Below are positions 1 through 9,447 of a stretch of DNA of 64,000 nt, in pieces. The DNA lies in the NCBI GenBank assembly GCA_009838645.1, contig VXRC01000045.1:1594-65593 (forward strand), read 5' to 3'. The number at the start of each line of letters is the position of its first letter. Within the stretch, counting starts at the first letter, position 1. The stretch is from Gemmatimonadota bacterium (GTDB lineage Bacteria > JAAXHH01). The translations under genes were made by a program, and so were the position numbers. The notes beneath the pieces are model-generated. The model saw only the letters and a program-made list of their open reading frames with translations. It was not told the DNA's origin and made no database searches.

Positions 1-672
1 GTCGTGGCGGTCCGGGTACCCGAAGGACATTCCCATGTCGCCGGGACCCCATTCGGCGAAGGCGATGCCGGGTACGGCGAGGCTTTCGTCGACGTTGGCC
101 AGGGCGCGCTGGTTCTCGATCTTGAGACCGAGCATCAGCTCCCCATCCGGGTTCAGGGGCCAAACGTCGGCCTTCATCACGTATTCCGGCACGGGAAGTC
201 CCCAGCTGCGCGCGGCAAAGCCCTGGCCCCCCGAGCCGCGCTGGCCCACTTCGAGTCCGTCGCCCACGTCCCGGGTATGGAAGGGGTAACGGGCGGCTTC
301 CACGAAGGCCCGCACGGCGCCCGGCGTCTCCGCGTGACACAGCAGGAGACCGTGGACGCCCAGCGCCAGGAGCTGCTTGACCATCCAGGCGTTCGCCCGC
401 ATGACCGCCTCGCTGGTCCCGTTCGTGGGCAGCGTGACGATGATGCAGGGCGTCAGATGTCCGGTAGGCGCGGGACCGCCGTCCGCCAGCCCGGTCATGA
501 AGGCCTTGAGACTCGGCAGGTCGAAGAGGCCGTGTTCCATTTCGACGACGAGGTAGTCCTCCCATCTCCCGGAGGTTTCGACGCCTTTTTCGTAACTCAG
601 TTCGCCGGCGCCGCCGTAGTAAATGGGCTGACCTCGCTTGAGCAGTTCGACGGCACGGTTTACGGTGGACAT
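1..672 (-). CDS. HpcH/HpaI-family 2-keto-3-deoxy-acid aldolase (partial; C-terminal end runs off window start)
   Basis: Minus-strand frame translated by eye: MSTVNRAVELLKRGQPIYYGG...ALGVHGLLLCHAETPGAVRAFVEAARYP. First ATG (670-672) follows an in-frame TGA, with a GAGAGGA SD-like element about 7 nt upstream. The motif pattern resembles HpcH/HpaI aldolases. The listed + ORF 4..732 is its antisense shadow. Confidence 0.65.
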   Translation of the reverse strand, partial: MSTVNRAVELLKRGQPIYYGGAGELSYEKGVETSGRWEDYLVVEMEHGLFDLPSLKAFMTGLADGGPAPTGHLTPCIIVTLPTNGTSEAVMRANAWMVKQLLALGVHGLLLCHAETPGAVRAFVEAARYPFHTRDVGDGLEVGQRGSGGQGFAARSWGLPVPEYVMKADVWPLNPDGELMLGLKIENQRALANVDESLAVPGIAFAEWGPGDMGMSFGYPDRHD

Positions 673-751
673 TTCGTAGTCCTCTCTGCAAGTCGTCTGT
701 ACGTCAATTCTGAATACCAGCCGCGCTCATAGTTTCAACGAACGATGCGCT

Positions 752-1774
752 TCAAGGCAGGTCGTAGGGCAGACTGTCCAATTGGCCCGTATCTTCGGCC
801 AGACCCTTGAGGTTCTCCGCCGCCATACGCGTGAGCGGAACGCCTTCGCGGCGGGAGATGGCCTCGCTGTCGTATTCCATTTCGCCCGGAACATAGGTGC
901 GTTCCACCCCGGCGGCTTTCGGCGCTTCCCGCATGCGGCGGACAAGTTCGTCGATGCGATCGTAGTAGTCGTCCAGCGGCATCATGGCGCCGATGTCGAT
1001 GGCCATGAAGGTGTGTCCCTCGTCGCAGGTGTCGTCCGAGACCTTGGACCAGGACAGGATGTCGGTCGTGACCCCCGCGCCGGCAAGCACCCCGGCCAGG
1101 GATTCCACCAGCAATGCCAGGCCATAGCCCTTGTGCGCACTGAAAGGCGTCAGGGCGCCGGTGACAGTGTATACGCCGGGATCCGTCGTCGGAAGCCCTT
1201 CCGCATCGGTGAGCCATCCCTCCGGGAGCGGTTCGCCGCGGGCCTGGTACGAGGCCACCTTGCCACCCGCCACCGTACTCATGGCGATGTCCAGCACGAT
1301 GGGCGGCTGGGACCGGGCCGGGACGGCGTAGGAGAAGGGATTGTTGCCGATGGCCGCGCCGCGTCCGCCGGGTATGTTCATGACGACGTCAGTATTGCTC
1401 ATGGCGACGCCGATCATGGGCCGGTCCGCGTTTTCGACGGCCATGACCGTGTAGGCCGATGCCGCGCCGAAGTGGTTGCTCCGGCGTACCGTGGCCATGC
1501 CGATCCCGCACGCTGCGGCCTTGTCCATGGCCACCGTCATGCCACAGTGCGAGGCCACCATGCCCACGGCCCGGCGGGCGTCGATCCGCGCCCAGGCGGG
1601 ACCGTCGTCCATGACTTCCGGTACGGCGGTTACATCGATCCCGCCGTCGCGCATCAATTGTACGTATCGCCTCAACGCGACCGTTCCGTGCGTGAAGATC
1701 CCGCGCATGTCGGTGCGGATAAGGACATCCGCCGTCAGCCTGGCGTCCGCCCTTGAGAGTCCCGCCGCGGCCAT
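752..1774 (-). CDS. Ldh_2 family (type-2 malate/L-lactate / ureidoglycolate dehydrogenase-like) oxidoreductase
   Basis: 340-aa ORF. N-terminus LIRTDMRGIFTHGTVALRRYVQLMRDGGID and the glycine-rich core match my memory of the Ldh_2/YbiC-AllD family. Confidence 0.7.
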   Translation of the reverse strand: MAAAGLSRADARLTADVLIRTDMRGIFTHGTVALRRYVQLMRDGGIDVTAVPEVMDDGPAWARIDARRAVGMVASHCGMTVAMDKAAACGIGMATVRRSNHFGAASAYTVMAVENADRPMIGVAMSNTDVVMNIPGGRGAAIGNNPFSYAVPARSQPPIVLDIAMSTVAGGKVASYQARGEPLPEGWLTDAEGLPTTDPGVYTVTGALTPFSAHKGYGLALLVESLAGVLAGAGVTTDILSWSKVSDDTCDEGHTFMAIDIGAMMPLDDYYDRIDELVRRMREAPKAAGVERTYVPGEMEYDSEAISRREGVPLTRMAAENLKGLAEDTGQLDSLPYDLP

Positions 1775-1891
1775 CGCCGATGTACAGAAGTCCGCGAGCG
1801 GTTCGGGCGCCGTACGCAGGACGTAGAGTTGATCTTCCGATGAAGTCCGGCGGGAATCGGTAACCAGTCCGATGCCTTTCTGAAGGCGTGC

Positions 1892-2674
1892 TTAACCGTC
1901 GCCGCGGACTCCGGCGGCGACCCTTTCGAAACCACTGATCAGGTAGCTGTAGTCGCAGTCAACCTGTATCCAGTCTACGCCCCGGCTGCTCCAGCGACGG
2001 CCGAAGGCGTACTGCGATCCCATGCCCATGCCGATGGAAAGGCCCGCCTCGTGCCCCACGTCGATGATCCGCTCCATGGCGGCCACGATCTCGTCGTCTT
2101 CGAGCCGCCCCAGGGTGCCCATGGAACCGCTCAGATCCACGGGCCCGATGACCAGGCTGTCCAGGCCGGGTATGGCCGCGATGGCCTCCAGTTCACGGTA
2201 GGCCTCTGCATGTTCGATCTGGACCGAGACGAAGAGGTCCCGGTTCATGTCGTCGACATAGGCGTCGAAATCAGCAAACGCCCGTCCGTAGTTCGACGGG
2301 CGATGGGGGCCGAAACCCCGGTCTCCCGCGGGCGGGTATCGACAGGCGTCGACCACGCCTCGCACCTCGGCGGCGGAACGGACCTGCGGGACGACGATCC
2401 CGGGCGCGCCGGCGTCCAGGATGGGCTTGACATGCCCTATGGCGCTGGAAGGCACGCGGACCAGCGCGGCGGTACCCCCCGCACGCGCAGCCATCAGATG
2501 CCTTGTGACCGTCTCCAGGTTCATCGCCGTGTGCTCGGTGTCGATCCAGATGAAGTCGGCCGAATCGCACAGGGCCTCGGTCACGGCCGGATCTGTGAAG
2601 GTCACGGCGGGACCGAGACACAGTTCACCGCCGGCCAGCCGATCTCTGAATGCGCTGATTTCCCTGGAAAACAA
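1892..2674 (-). CDS. HpcH/HpaI-family aldolase
   Basis: 260-aa ORF. The segment ...LVRVPSSAIGHVKPILDAGAPGIVVPQVRSAAE...IEHAEAY... is typical of the 4-hydroxy-2-oxo-acid aldolase family. A second paralog is at 1..672. Confidence 0.7.
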   Translation of the reverse strand: MFSREISAFRDRLAGGELCLGPAVTFTDPAVTEALCDSADFIWIDTEHTAMNLETVTRHLMAARAGGTAALVRVPSSAIGHVKPILDAGAPGIVVPQVRSAAEVRGVVDACRYPPAGDRGFGPHRPSNYGRAFADFDAYVDDMNRDLFVSVQIEHAEAYRELEAIAAIPGLDSLVIGPVDLSGSMGTLGRLEDDEIVAAMERIIDVGHEAGLSIGMGMGSQYAFGRRWSSRGVDWIQVDCDYSYLISGFERVAAGVRGDG

Positions 2675-2710
2675 TCGTACTCCCTGGACGATGCTATGTC
2701 GCCACGGTCC

Positions 2711-4123
2711 CTAGACCGCACCTTTCTGCCAGGGGCCCCAGATGGCGTAAGTCAGCCCGGGCCGCTGCATGTTGACGAAGAGCGTTTCGCCGTCCGGGCT
2801 GAAGGTCGCCCCGGCGAATTCGCCCCGGTAGGCGATGCCGGCCACGTCACGAGCCACATCGAATACCCGTCCGTCCTTCGTCAGGCCCCGGATGTGCTGA
2901 ATGCCGTTCCGGTTGTCCTCGCACACGATCAGGCCGCCGCGGGGACTCACGCAGACGTTGTCGGGCGCGGCCATGAGCGAGGCGTCGGGCGATTCGAACA
3001 GGAGCGTCAGCTCGCCTTCGTCGTCACTTTCGGGGCGGTATTCCCATACCTGTCCGAGGCCTTCGTCGCCCCCGGTAGTCGCCGTGAAGAAGATGCGTCC
3101 GTTGCCGTGCCAGCACCCTTCCAGGCGGTCGAAGGCGGCGCCGCCCTTGTCAGCCCCCTCCTGGTACACCAGGTGATTGTCCAGACCTGCCCCCGCGGGA
3201 TCAGGATCTTCGATCTCGACCCAGATAACGGGCAGGGCATTGCCCATGGTCTGGCCATCGCGCGTGTCAAATCCGGGCCTGTCCTTGACGGCAAGCATGC
3301 GCAGGCGTCCTCCCCGGGCAAGCTCGCTGGGGTGATCGGGGATGTACTGGAAGAATCCGCTCGGATTGTTGTCTTCGGTCTCGTACACGATACCGGAGGC
3401 CGGATCGACGGCGATGGCCTCGTGGACGAACCGTCCCATCCCGGTCAGAGGCTCGGCCGCCACGCTCTCCTCGGCGTGAACCGGCACTTCGAAGCAGTAC
3501 CCGTGCTCCTTGTCGTACCCGCCCAGATACTGGAGCCAGCGCGCACTGAAGAACCGGTCCGTGCCCATCGTAGTCTCTTCACAGGTGATCCAGGACCCCC
3601 AGGGCGTGGGGCCGCCGGCGCAGTTATGAAGCGTACCGCCCACGCTGACGAAATCGCGGACCAGTTCGCGCGTCCGTGGATCTACAATGAGCGTGGTGAC
3701 GCCGCCGGGCGCCGTGGGATCGTAGGCCGCGTCCCGGTTGCCGATGGCTTCCACCGGTTTACCCGTATTTATCTCGTGGTTTCTCAGGAGCCGAACCATC
3801 CCGTCCATGGGAAAGGCGGCCATGCCGTCGTGGGCGGGCGGCGTGGGATGGCCGTCCGACATGAGCCCGCCTTTCTTGCCGAAAACGGTATAGGAGAATC
3901 CCTGCGGCAGTTCAAGCATGGTCTCCCCCGTGTTTTGCGAGGGCACGGGAAAAAGGGGTCCGTATCCCCCTTCCCCGCGGGGCGCAACCAGGTGGGCGTA
4001 CCCGTCGGCCATGGCTCGAGCGCGCCGGGCGATCAGGCCCTGCAGTGCCGTGGCGCCGACGGTCAGCGCGCTAGCGGATATGGCGGTGTTTCGAATGAAG
4101 GAACGGCGGGTCAGACGGGACAC
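2711..4123 (-). CDS. Tat-exported PhoX/DUF839-like beta-propeller protein (putative phosphatase)
   Basis: 470 aa. N-terminal twin-arginine signal MSRLTRRSFIRNTAISASALTVGATA. GTG start with AAAGGAG upstream. Overall composition resembles the DUF839/PhoX family; the family call is tentative. Confidence 0.45.
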   Translation of the reverse strand: MSRLTRRSFIRNTAISASALTVGATALQGLIARRARAMADGYAHLVAPRGEGGYGPLFPVPSQNTGETMLELPQGFSYTVFGKKGGLMSDGHPTPPAHDGMAAFPMDGMVRLLRNHEINTGKPVEAIGNRDAAYDPTAPGGVTTLIVDPRTRELVRDFVSVGGTLHNCAGGPTPWGSWITCEETTMGTDRFFSARWLQYLGGYDKEHGYCFEVPVHAEESVAAEPLTGMGRFVHEAIAVDPASGIVYETEDNNPSGFFQYIPDHPSELARGGRLRMLAVKDRPGFDTRDGQTMGNALPVIWVEIEDPDPAGAGLDNHLVYQEGADKGGAAFDRLEGCWHGNGRIFFTATTGGDEGLGQVWEYRPESDDEGELTLLFESPDASLMAAPDNVCVSPRGGLIVCEDNRNGIQHIRGLTKDGRVFDVARDVAGIAYRGEFAGATFSPDGETLFVNMQRPGLTYAIWGPWQKGAV

Positions 4124-4314
4124 TTTCGAGGATCTCCTTTATTGATCATACTGCGATGGCGGCGATTACCTGCGACAGCAGCGATAATCCAGCGACAACA
4201 CCGAAGCGCGAGGACGGATCGGGTCACAATCGGATCACGAAATGAATCGCTAGGCAATGTAGTCATTCCAACCCGCAAAAGCAAGACGCGTTACGTGGTA
4301 TTTCACGTCCTGCT

Positions 4315-5217
4315 TCAACCGAATTTGATGAAGACGAGTCCGGCGACGATCATCAGCACCGAACCCACTTTCAGCGCGGTGACGCGCTCCTTGAGAAAGA
4401 CGAATCCCAGCACGGCTCCGAGCACCACGGCGAACTCCCGCAGCGCGACGATGTAGCCGACCTGCCCCACGGTCATGGCGAAGAGAATCATCAGGTAGGC
4501 GGCCGTGGATCCGATGCCGATCAGCGCCGCGGGCCGCCAGGTCTCCGCGAATCCGCGCCACCGGATCCCCAGGTGACGGACCGCGACGAAGGGCGTGGCG
4601 AACAGGGCGCTCAAAAAAAACATGCCGAAGATGTATACGACGGGATGGACGATACTCACGCCCACCTTGTCGACGAGGGAGTAGCTCACGATCGTGGCGC
4701 CCACCACCAAGGCGGATGCGAATCCGCGGTTGACGGCCCTCGTGTGCCGGAAGACCGATACCCCCATCAACAGAATGCCGAAGCAGATCAGGCCGATGCC
4801 GGCCACCCCCATCGGCGTCAGTTCCTCACCGAGCAGCAGCCAACCGAGGAATCCTGTGAGTCCGATGCCCGATCCCCGGGCGATGGGGTAGACCAGAGAG
4901 ATCTCTCCGTGTTCGTAGGCCCGAGCCAGGAACAGAAAGTAGAAGGTATGGATGACGCCGGTGGCGAGCACGTAGAACCATCCGGCTTCCAGCATGGAGA
5001 TGAATCCCGCGGGCCCCATTCCAGAGGCCACGATCGCCACGAAGGGCAGAAGGAACAGGCAGCTGATCCAGAGGGACCACCAGAAGACGGTCAGATTCCC
5101 AGAGCTGCGCCGGGCGACGAAATTCCACGTGGCGTGCAGGACGGCGGACAGCAGAACGAAGACGAAGAGGTCAGTGGGCATGGACGGGTAAGTTGAACCG
5201 GCAAACACGCCTGTCAA
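4315..5217 (-). CDS. DMT/EamA-family transporter
   Basis: 300-aa highly hydrophobic ORF with about 10 predicted TM segments and a duplicated EamA-like architecture. Confidence 0.6.
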   Translation of the reverse strand: MTGVFAGSTYPSMPTDLFVFVLLSAVLHATWNFVARRSSGNLTVFWWSLWISCLFLLPFVAIVASGMGPAGFISMLEAGWFYVLATGVIHTFYFLFLARAYEHGEISLVYPIARGSGIGLTGFLGWLLLGEELTPMGVAGIGLICFGILLMGVSVFRHTRAVNRGFASALVVGATIVSYSLVDKVGVSIVHPVVYIFGMFFLSALFATPFVAVRHLGIRWRGFAETWRPAALIGIGSTAAYLMILFAMTVGQVGYIVALREFAVVLGAVLGFVFLKERVTALKVGSVLMIVAGLVFIKFG

Positions 5218-5378
5218 CGGTTTTATGGTGGCTTGACAGGCACTCGGTGCACGGCTAACTTTTTCTTCCGGAATGCATTTGTTACAAGCATCTCCTTTTG
5301 CGAAAGACAGTCGTATCCAATTCCAGTTTTTCGTATAGCACTGCCCTCATTCCTTCCAACCACCGAAAGGAACCCCCG

Positions 5379-6413
5379 ATGCCCCTGAAATTCGCGTACC
5401 TGGGCCTCTGGCACAGCCACGCCGGCATGCATATCCGCGACGCCGCGAGCCGGCCGGACGAGTTCCAGCTCGTCGGCGCATACGAGCCGGATCCCGCGAT
5501 CCGGAACACGAAGCTGGGTGACTGGGTGGCGGACCTGCCGGACATCCCCGTCTTCGATTCGATCGAGCAGGCGTTGGACAGCGATGCGGAAGCGATCATC
5601 TGCGAGGGCCGCGTCTCGGAGAACCTGGACTACGCCGAACGGGCGCTCGCGGCGGACAAGCACGTGCTTCTCGAGAAGCCGGCGGGCGTGGACATGGCCC
5701 AACTCGAGCGGCTGCACGACACGGCGCGTCGCAAGAACCTGCACCTCCAGATGGCCTACATGTGGCGATATAATCCTGCGGTCGCCGAAATGATCCGGCT
5801 CTGCAGGGCCGGCGCGCTGGGCGATCCCTTCTACTTCAGGGGGCACATCCCGAAGCCCATGGGGTACCACGCCAGGCTGGTGGAGGAACTCGACCGGTAC
5901 AAGGGTTCCCTCTATTTCGAGATGGCCGGGCACCTGGTCGACATCATGGTGACGTTTATGGGCGAGCCACGGCGGGTGGACGCCACGTTCGGGCAATTCC
6001 ACGGCGAACGAAAGCACGTGGACAACGCGGTGGTCGTCCACCGGTTCGACGGCGGCGGCCTGGGGACGATCGACACCGCGTCCATGCACGTGGAGAGCGG
6101 GCTGACCCGGCGTATCGAGTTATACGGGGCCCGGGGCACGGCCATCCATACCCCGATCGGTTCGAACAACCTGACGCTTTCGCTGGCGGATGCCTTCGAA
6201 GGCTATGCGGCGGGATGGCAGGAGGTCACCGTTCCCACGCCGCCGGGACCGCCTTCGCTGCTGACCGAACTCGCGGCCTGTATATCCGGCGCGAAGGAGC
6301 CGGACTATACCCTGGACCACGATATGGCGGTGCATCGCACCCTCTTCGCGGGGTGCGGCATCACCGATGGTTCGGCGATGACGGACGTGCCGCATTCGGT
6401 AAAAAGCGGTTGA
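5379..6413 (+). CDS. Gfo/Idh/MocA-family NAD(P)-dependent oxidoreductase
   Basis: The internal Met (MPLKFAYLGLWHSHAGMH...) is preceded by AAAGGA 8 nt upstream. The pattern EKP...A..HVLLEKP is typical of the Gfo/Idh/MocA Rossmann N-terminus. The upstream 27 codons of ORF 5298..6413 lack an RBS. Confidence 0.7.
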   Translation: MPLKFAYLGLWHSHAGMHIRDAASRPDEFQLVGAYEPDPAIRNTKLGDWVADLPDIPVFDSIEQALDSDAEAIICEGRVSENLDYAERALAADKHVLLEKPAGVDMAQLERLHDTARRKNLHLQMAYMWRYNPAVAEMIRLCRAGALGDPFYFRGHIPKPMGYHARLVEELDRYKGSLYFEMAGHLVDIMVTFMGEPRRVDATFGQFHGERKHVDNAVVVHRFDGGGLGTIDTASMHVESGLTRRIELYGARGTAIHTPIGSNNLTLSLADAFEGYAAGWQEVTVPTPPGPPSLLTELAACISGAKEPDYTLDHDMAVHRTLFAGCGITDGSAMTDVPHSVKSG

Positions 6414-6450
6414 CAGTAGCCGCGAATTCCGTATATTAATGGATAGACGA

Positions 6451-6527
<77 letters not shown>

Positions 6528-6535
6528 TGATCGAT

Positions 6536-6572
6536 CAGGGGCGGTTCCCGGACCGCCCCTGTTTTTGTTTGT
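6536..6572 (+). terminator. Rho-independent terminator downstream of tRNA-Met
   Basis: Perfect 10-bp stem caggggcggt / accgcccctg with a 6-nt loop, followed by tttttgtttg. Confidence 0.65.
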
Positions 6573-6680
6573 GCCGCTTCCGCCGTCTGGACCGCACGGC
6601 GTTGGGTCGCTTGTGGCAAGAGATCCGCGGTGAAACGCCCCAGACCGATCATACCTGAAACTTGTGGCAAAGGAACCCCG

Positions 6681-8354
6681 ATGGCTGAAATGACCGGCTA
6701 CCGGTACATCGCGGAGATGCTGCGCGGCTACGGGATCAGGGCCGTCTTCCACGTTCCCTACGTTCTGGACGGCGCCCTCGTGGAGATGGAGAAACTGGGC
6801 ATCCGGCGGATCCGGTGCCATTCCGAGAAGGCCGCCGCGTACATGGCGGACGGTTACGCGCGGGTCGCCCACGGTCCCGGTATCGCCATGGCGCAGTCCG
6901 TGGGCGCGGCCAATCTCGCCGCCGGGCTCCAGGACGCCTGGCTTGCGTGCTCCCCGGTCATCGCCGTAACGGGCCGGTGGATGCCCCACTACCTATACCA
7001 GCAGGCCTACCAGGAGATCGACCACCGCCCCCTCTACGATCCGGTCACCAAGTTCAATGCCTACGTGGACGGCGTGGAACAGATCCCCTTCCTGCTGCGC
7101 CAGGCCTTCCGCGAGGCCACCACGGGCGCGCCCCGTCCGGTCCACCTGGACTTTCTGGGCCTGTCCGGCGATCTCGCGGCGGGGTCGAAGCTCGACGCCG
7201 AGGTGACCGTGGAGCCGTCCTTCGCCCGGTATCCGGCCTTCCGGCCCGAACCGGAACCGGGTCGTGTCGCGGATGCGGCGCAGCGCATCGCGCGGTCGCA
7301 GCGGCCGGTACTGGTTGCGGGGGGAGGGGTCACCGCATCGGGCGCGAAGGCCGAGGTGGTCCGGTTGGCGGAGAAGCTCTCCGTCCCGGTGGCGACTTCC
7401 CTGAACGCCAAGGGGGCGACACCGGAGAACCACCCATTATCCGCAGGCGTGGTGGGCACCTATTCCCGCAAGTGCGCCAACGAGATCGTTTCGGAGGCGG
7501 ACCTCGTGATCTTCGTGGGCAGCCATACGGGCGGGCAGGTCAGTCACTTCTGGCAGATTCCCCGGCAGGGGACGCCGGTCATACAGATCGACGTGGACCC
7601 CGCCCAGATCGGCCGCAACTATCCCGCCGAAGTCGCCATCCAGGGCGACGCGAAGGCGACGCTGGAACGCCTCATCGAGGTCGTGGCCCCGGTCTTGGAC
7701 CGAACGGCCTGGACAGAGCGCGTGCGCGTACTCGTCGACCAATGGCGGGGCGAATTCGACGATCTGCTCAAGTCTGATGCCGTACCCATCCGCCCCGAAC
7801 GTCTGTGCCGCGAAATCACCGAATTCCTCCCACCCGACGCCATCCTCCTTTCGGACACGGGCCATGCCGGCATGTGGACGGGCGCCATGATCGAGATCAC
7901 GAACCCGGGACAGACGTACCTTCGCTGCGCCGGGTCCCTGGGCTGGGCCTTCCCCGCGGCCATGGGCGCGAAGTGCGCGGCGCCGGACCGTCCCGTCATC
8001 TGCTTCACCGGCGACGGCGGATTCTGGTACCATCTCGGGGAACTCGAGACGGCCGCCCGATTCGGGATCAACACCGTCACGGTGATCAACAACAACCGGT
8101 CCTTCAACCAGTGCCGGGACGCTTTCGAAGATGCGAGCGGCGGGCGGGACCAAGATTCAGACGACCTGTGGGTCTTTGAAGACATCGATTTCGCCGGGGT
8201 GGCCAAATCCATGGGATGCAAAGGGATACGCGTGGAAGAACCGGAGCGGATCCGGCCGGCTCTTGAAGAAGCGATGGCGGCCGACGGACCGGTTGTCGTA
8301 GACGTGGCCACCGATATCGACGCCATGGCGCCGAAAGCCTACGTACCGGAATAG
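6681..8354 (+). CDS. Thiamine-pyrophosphate-dependent enzyme (acetolactate-synthase-like family)
   Basis: Start MAEMTGYRYIAEML has AAAGGAAC upstream. Three-domain TPP-enzyme layout. The C-terminal block GSLGWAFPAAMGAKCAAPDRPVICFTGDGGFWY..NN is the TPP-binding GDG-(N)-NN motif. Confidence 0.75.
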   Translation: MAEMTGYRYIAEMLRGYGIRAVFHVPYVLDGALVEMEKLGIRRIRCHSEKAAAYMADGYARVAHGPGIAMAQSVGAANLAAGLQDAWLACSPVIAVTGRWMPHYLYQQAYQEIDHRPLYDPVTKFNAYVDGVEQIPFLLRQAFREATTGAPRPVHLDFLGLSGDLAAGSKLDAEVTVEPSFARYPAFRPEPEPGRVADAAQRIARSQRPVLVAGGGVTASGAKAEVVRLAEKLSVPVATSLNAKGATPENHPLSAGVVGTYSRKCANEIVSEADLVIFVGSHTGGQVSHFWQIPRQGTPVIQIDVDPAQIGRNYPAEVAIQGDAKATLERLIEVVAPVLDRTAWTERVRVLVDQWRGEFDDLLKSDAVPIRPERLCREITEFLPPDAILLSDTGHAGMWTGAMIEITNPGQTYLRCAGSLGWAFPAAMGAKCAAPDRPVICFTGDGGFWYHLGELETAARFGINTVTVINNNRSFNQCRDAFEDASGGRDQDSDDLWVFEDIDFAGVAKSMGCKGIRVEEPERIRPALEEAMAADGPVVVDVATDIDAMAPKAYVPE

Positions 8355-8582
8355 AACGGGCGATTGTCTTTACCGAATCGTGGTCCATATCACGCATCGT
8401 TCACGATGGTCCGTCGGACGCCCAGTCCACGGACGCCCTCCCTCCGGGCATCCCAGCCTTCCACAGAAACTGTTTCCTGTTTGTCAAATAGTTAGTACAT
8501 TACAATCAAACAGCGACGCTTTCTCAGCATTTCCAGAATCCAATACTGGCTATTACGCGATTCCAAAGGCAGGAGGTCTACC

Positions 8583-9437
8583 ATGCGCTGTCTGGTATTC
8601 GCATTTGCCATGATTTTCGCCGGATGCTCGTCGTACACCCAGCTTGGATCTGGCGGATCCGGCGACTCGCGCGGTTCAAGCACGGCGGACGGTTCGGAAA
8701 CGACAGTAGTCTGGCTGGACAGCCAGGGCGCGTTACCATCGGTCGGGTACTTCGACGTGCAGACCATCTTCAACGTGTCTGAACTGGGGCCCGGTTCCTA
8801 CATACGCGTCGCGGCCATCCACATCACGGGGACGGCGCGGGAGGCCCTCGTCAATAAGTTGCGGCTGAGCGCATCGCAGATCGGGGCGAACAGGCTGCTC
8901 ATCGTCAAGGTGGAGGAGACCAAAGAGGAAGTCTCGCTCTATTCCGAACTCGAGAACGTGGCCCGGTTTTTCTCCGGAGAGAAAGCAGACGCGGACCTGA
9001 GCAACGAAGCCTACACGCTCAGGATCGACGCGATCGCGATCCGGCAATCGGATGACCTGACAAACATTCTTCCAACCCGACAAGGGCAGGACTGGCCAAC
9101 CGTCTATCGACCCCGTTCGTCCTATGATCGGCCGACCGTTTATCGGCCCCGCCGGCCCCGCCGGCCCTATGACCGGCCGACCGTCTACCGACCGCCTCGA
9201 CGGGATAACCGTCCGATGGCGAAGCCGCCACGACGGGATGACCGGCGACCGGTGAATCCGCCGACACCAAAGGATGAACCGCCGATCGTAGCGCCGCCCC
9301 CTCCGAAGGATGACCGTCCACCCGACAGGACGCCTCCACCGAGGGACGAACCGCCCGAGATGAAACCGCCGCCACCACCTCCGGAGGAAGACAGGTCGTC
9401 CCGTAAGCAGCCCCGCATGAAGACCCATCGGCCTTGA
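8583..9437 (+). CDS. Lipoprotein with proline-rich repetitive C-terminal tail
   Basis: AGGAGG sits 7 nt upstream of the ATG. Lipobox signal MRCLVFAFAMIFAGCSS. The C-terminus carries three copies of DRPTVYRP followed by PPxKD(D/E)xPP repeats. The preceding intergenic region is AT-richer and looks promoter-like. Confidence 0.45.
   Translation: MRCLVFAFAMIFAGCSSYTQLGSGGSGDSRGSSTADGSETTVVWLDSQGALPSVGYFDVQTIFNVSELGPGSYIRVAAIHITGTAREALVNKLRLSASQIGANRLLIVKVEETKEEVSLYSELENVARFFSGEKADADLSNEAYTLRIDAIAIRQSDDLTNILPTRQGQDWPTVYRPRSSYDRPTVYRPRRPRRPYDRPTVYRPPRRDNRPMAKPPRRDDRRPVNPPTPKDEPPIVAPPPPKDDRPPDRTPPPRDEPPEMKPPPPPPEEDRSSRKQPRMKTHRP
9090..9195. repeat. In-frame imperfect tandem repeats (about 20-24 bp units ggccgaccgtctatcgacc...) inside the lipoprotein gene
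   Basis: Units at about 9093-9112, 9130-9149 and 9174-9193, plus an internal gccccgccggccccgccggccc. Confidence 0.6.
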
Positions 9438-9447
9438 TACGGTAAGG

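Noticed and set aside
4-732. 242-aa + strand ORF
   Set aside because: Antisense shadow of the minus-strand HpcH aldolase (1..672). No RBS, and Arg/Gly/Val-rich composition typical of high-GC reverse frames.
2051-4456. 801-aa + strand ORF
   Set aside because: Spans across three real minus-strand genes (aldolase, PhoX-like, intergenic). Open only because of high GC. No motifs.
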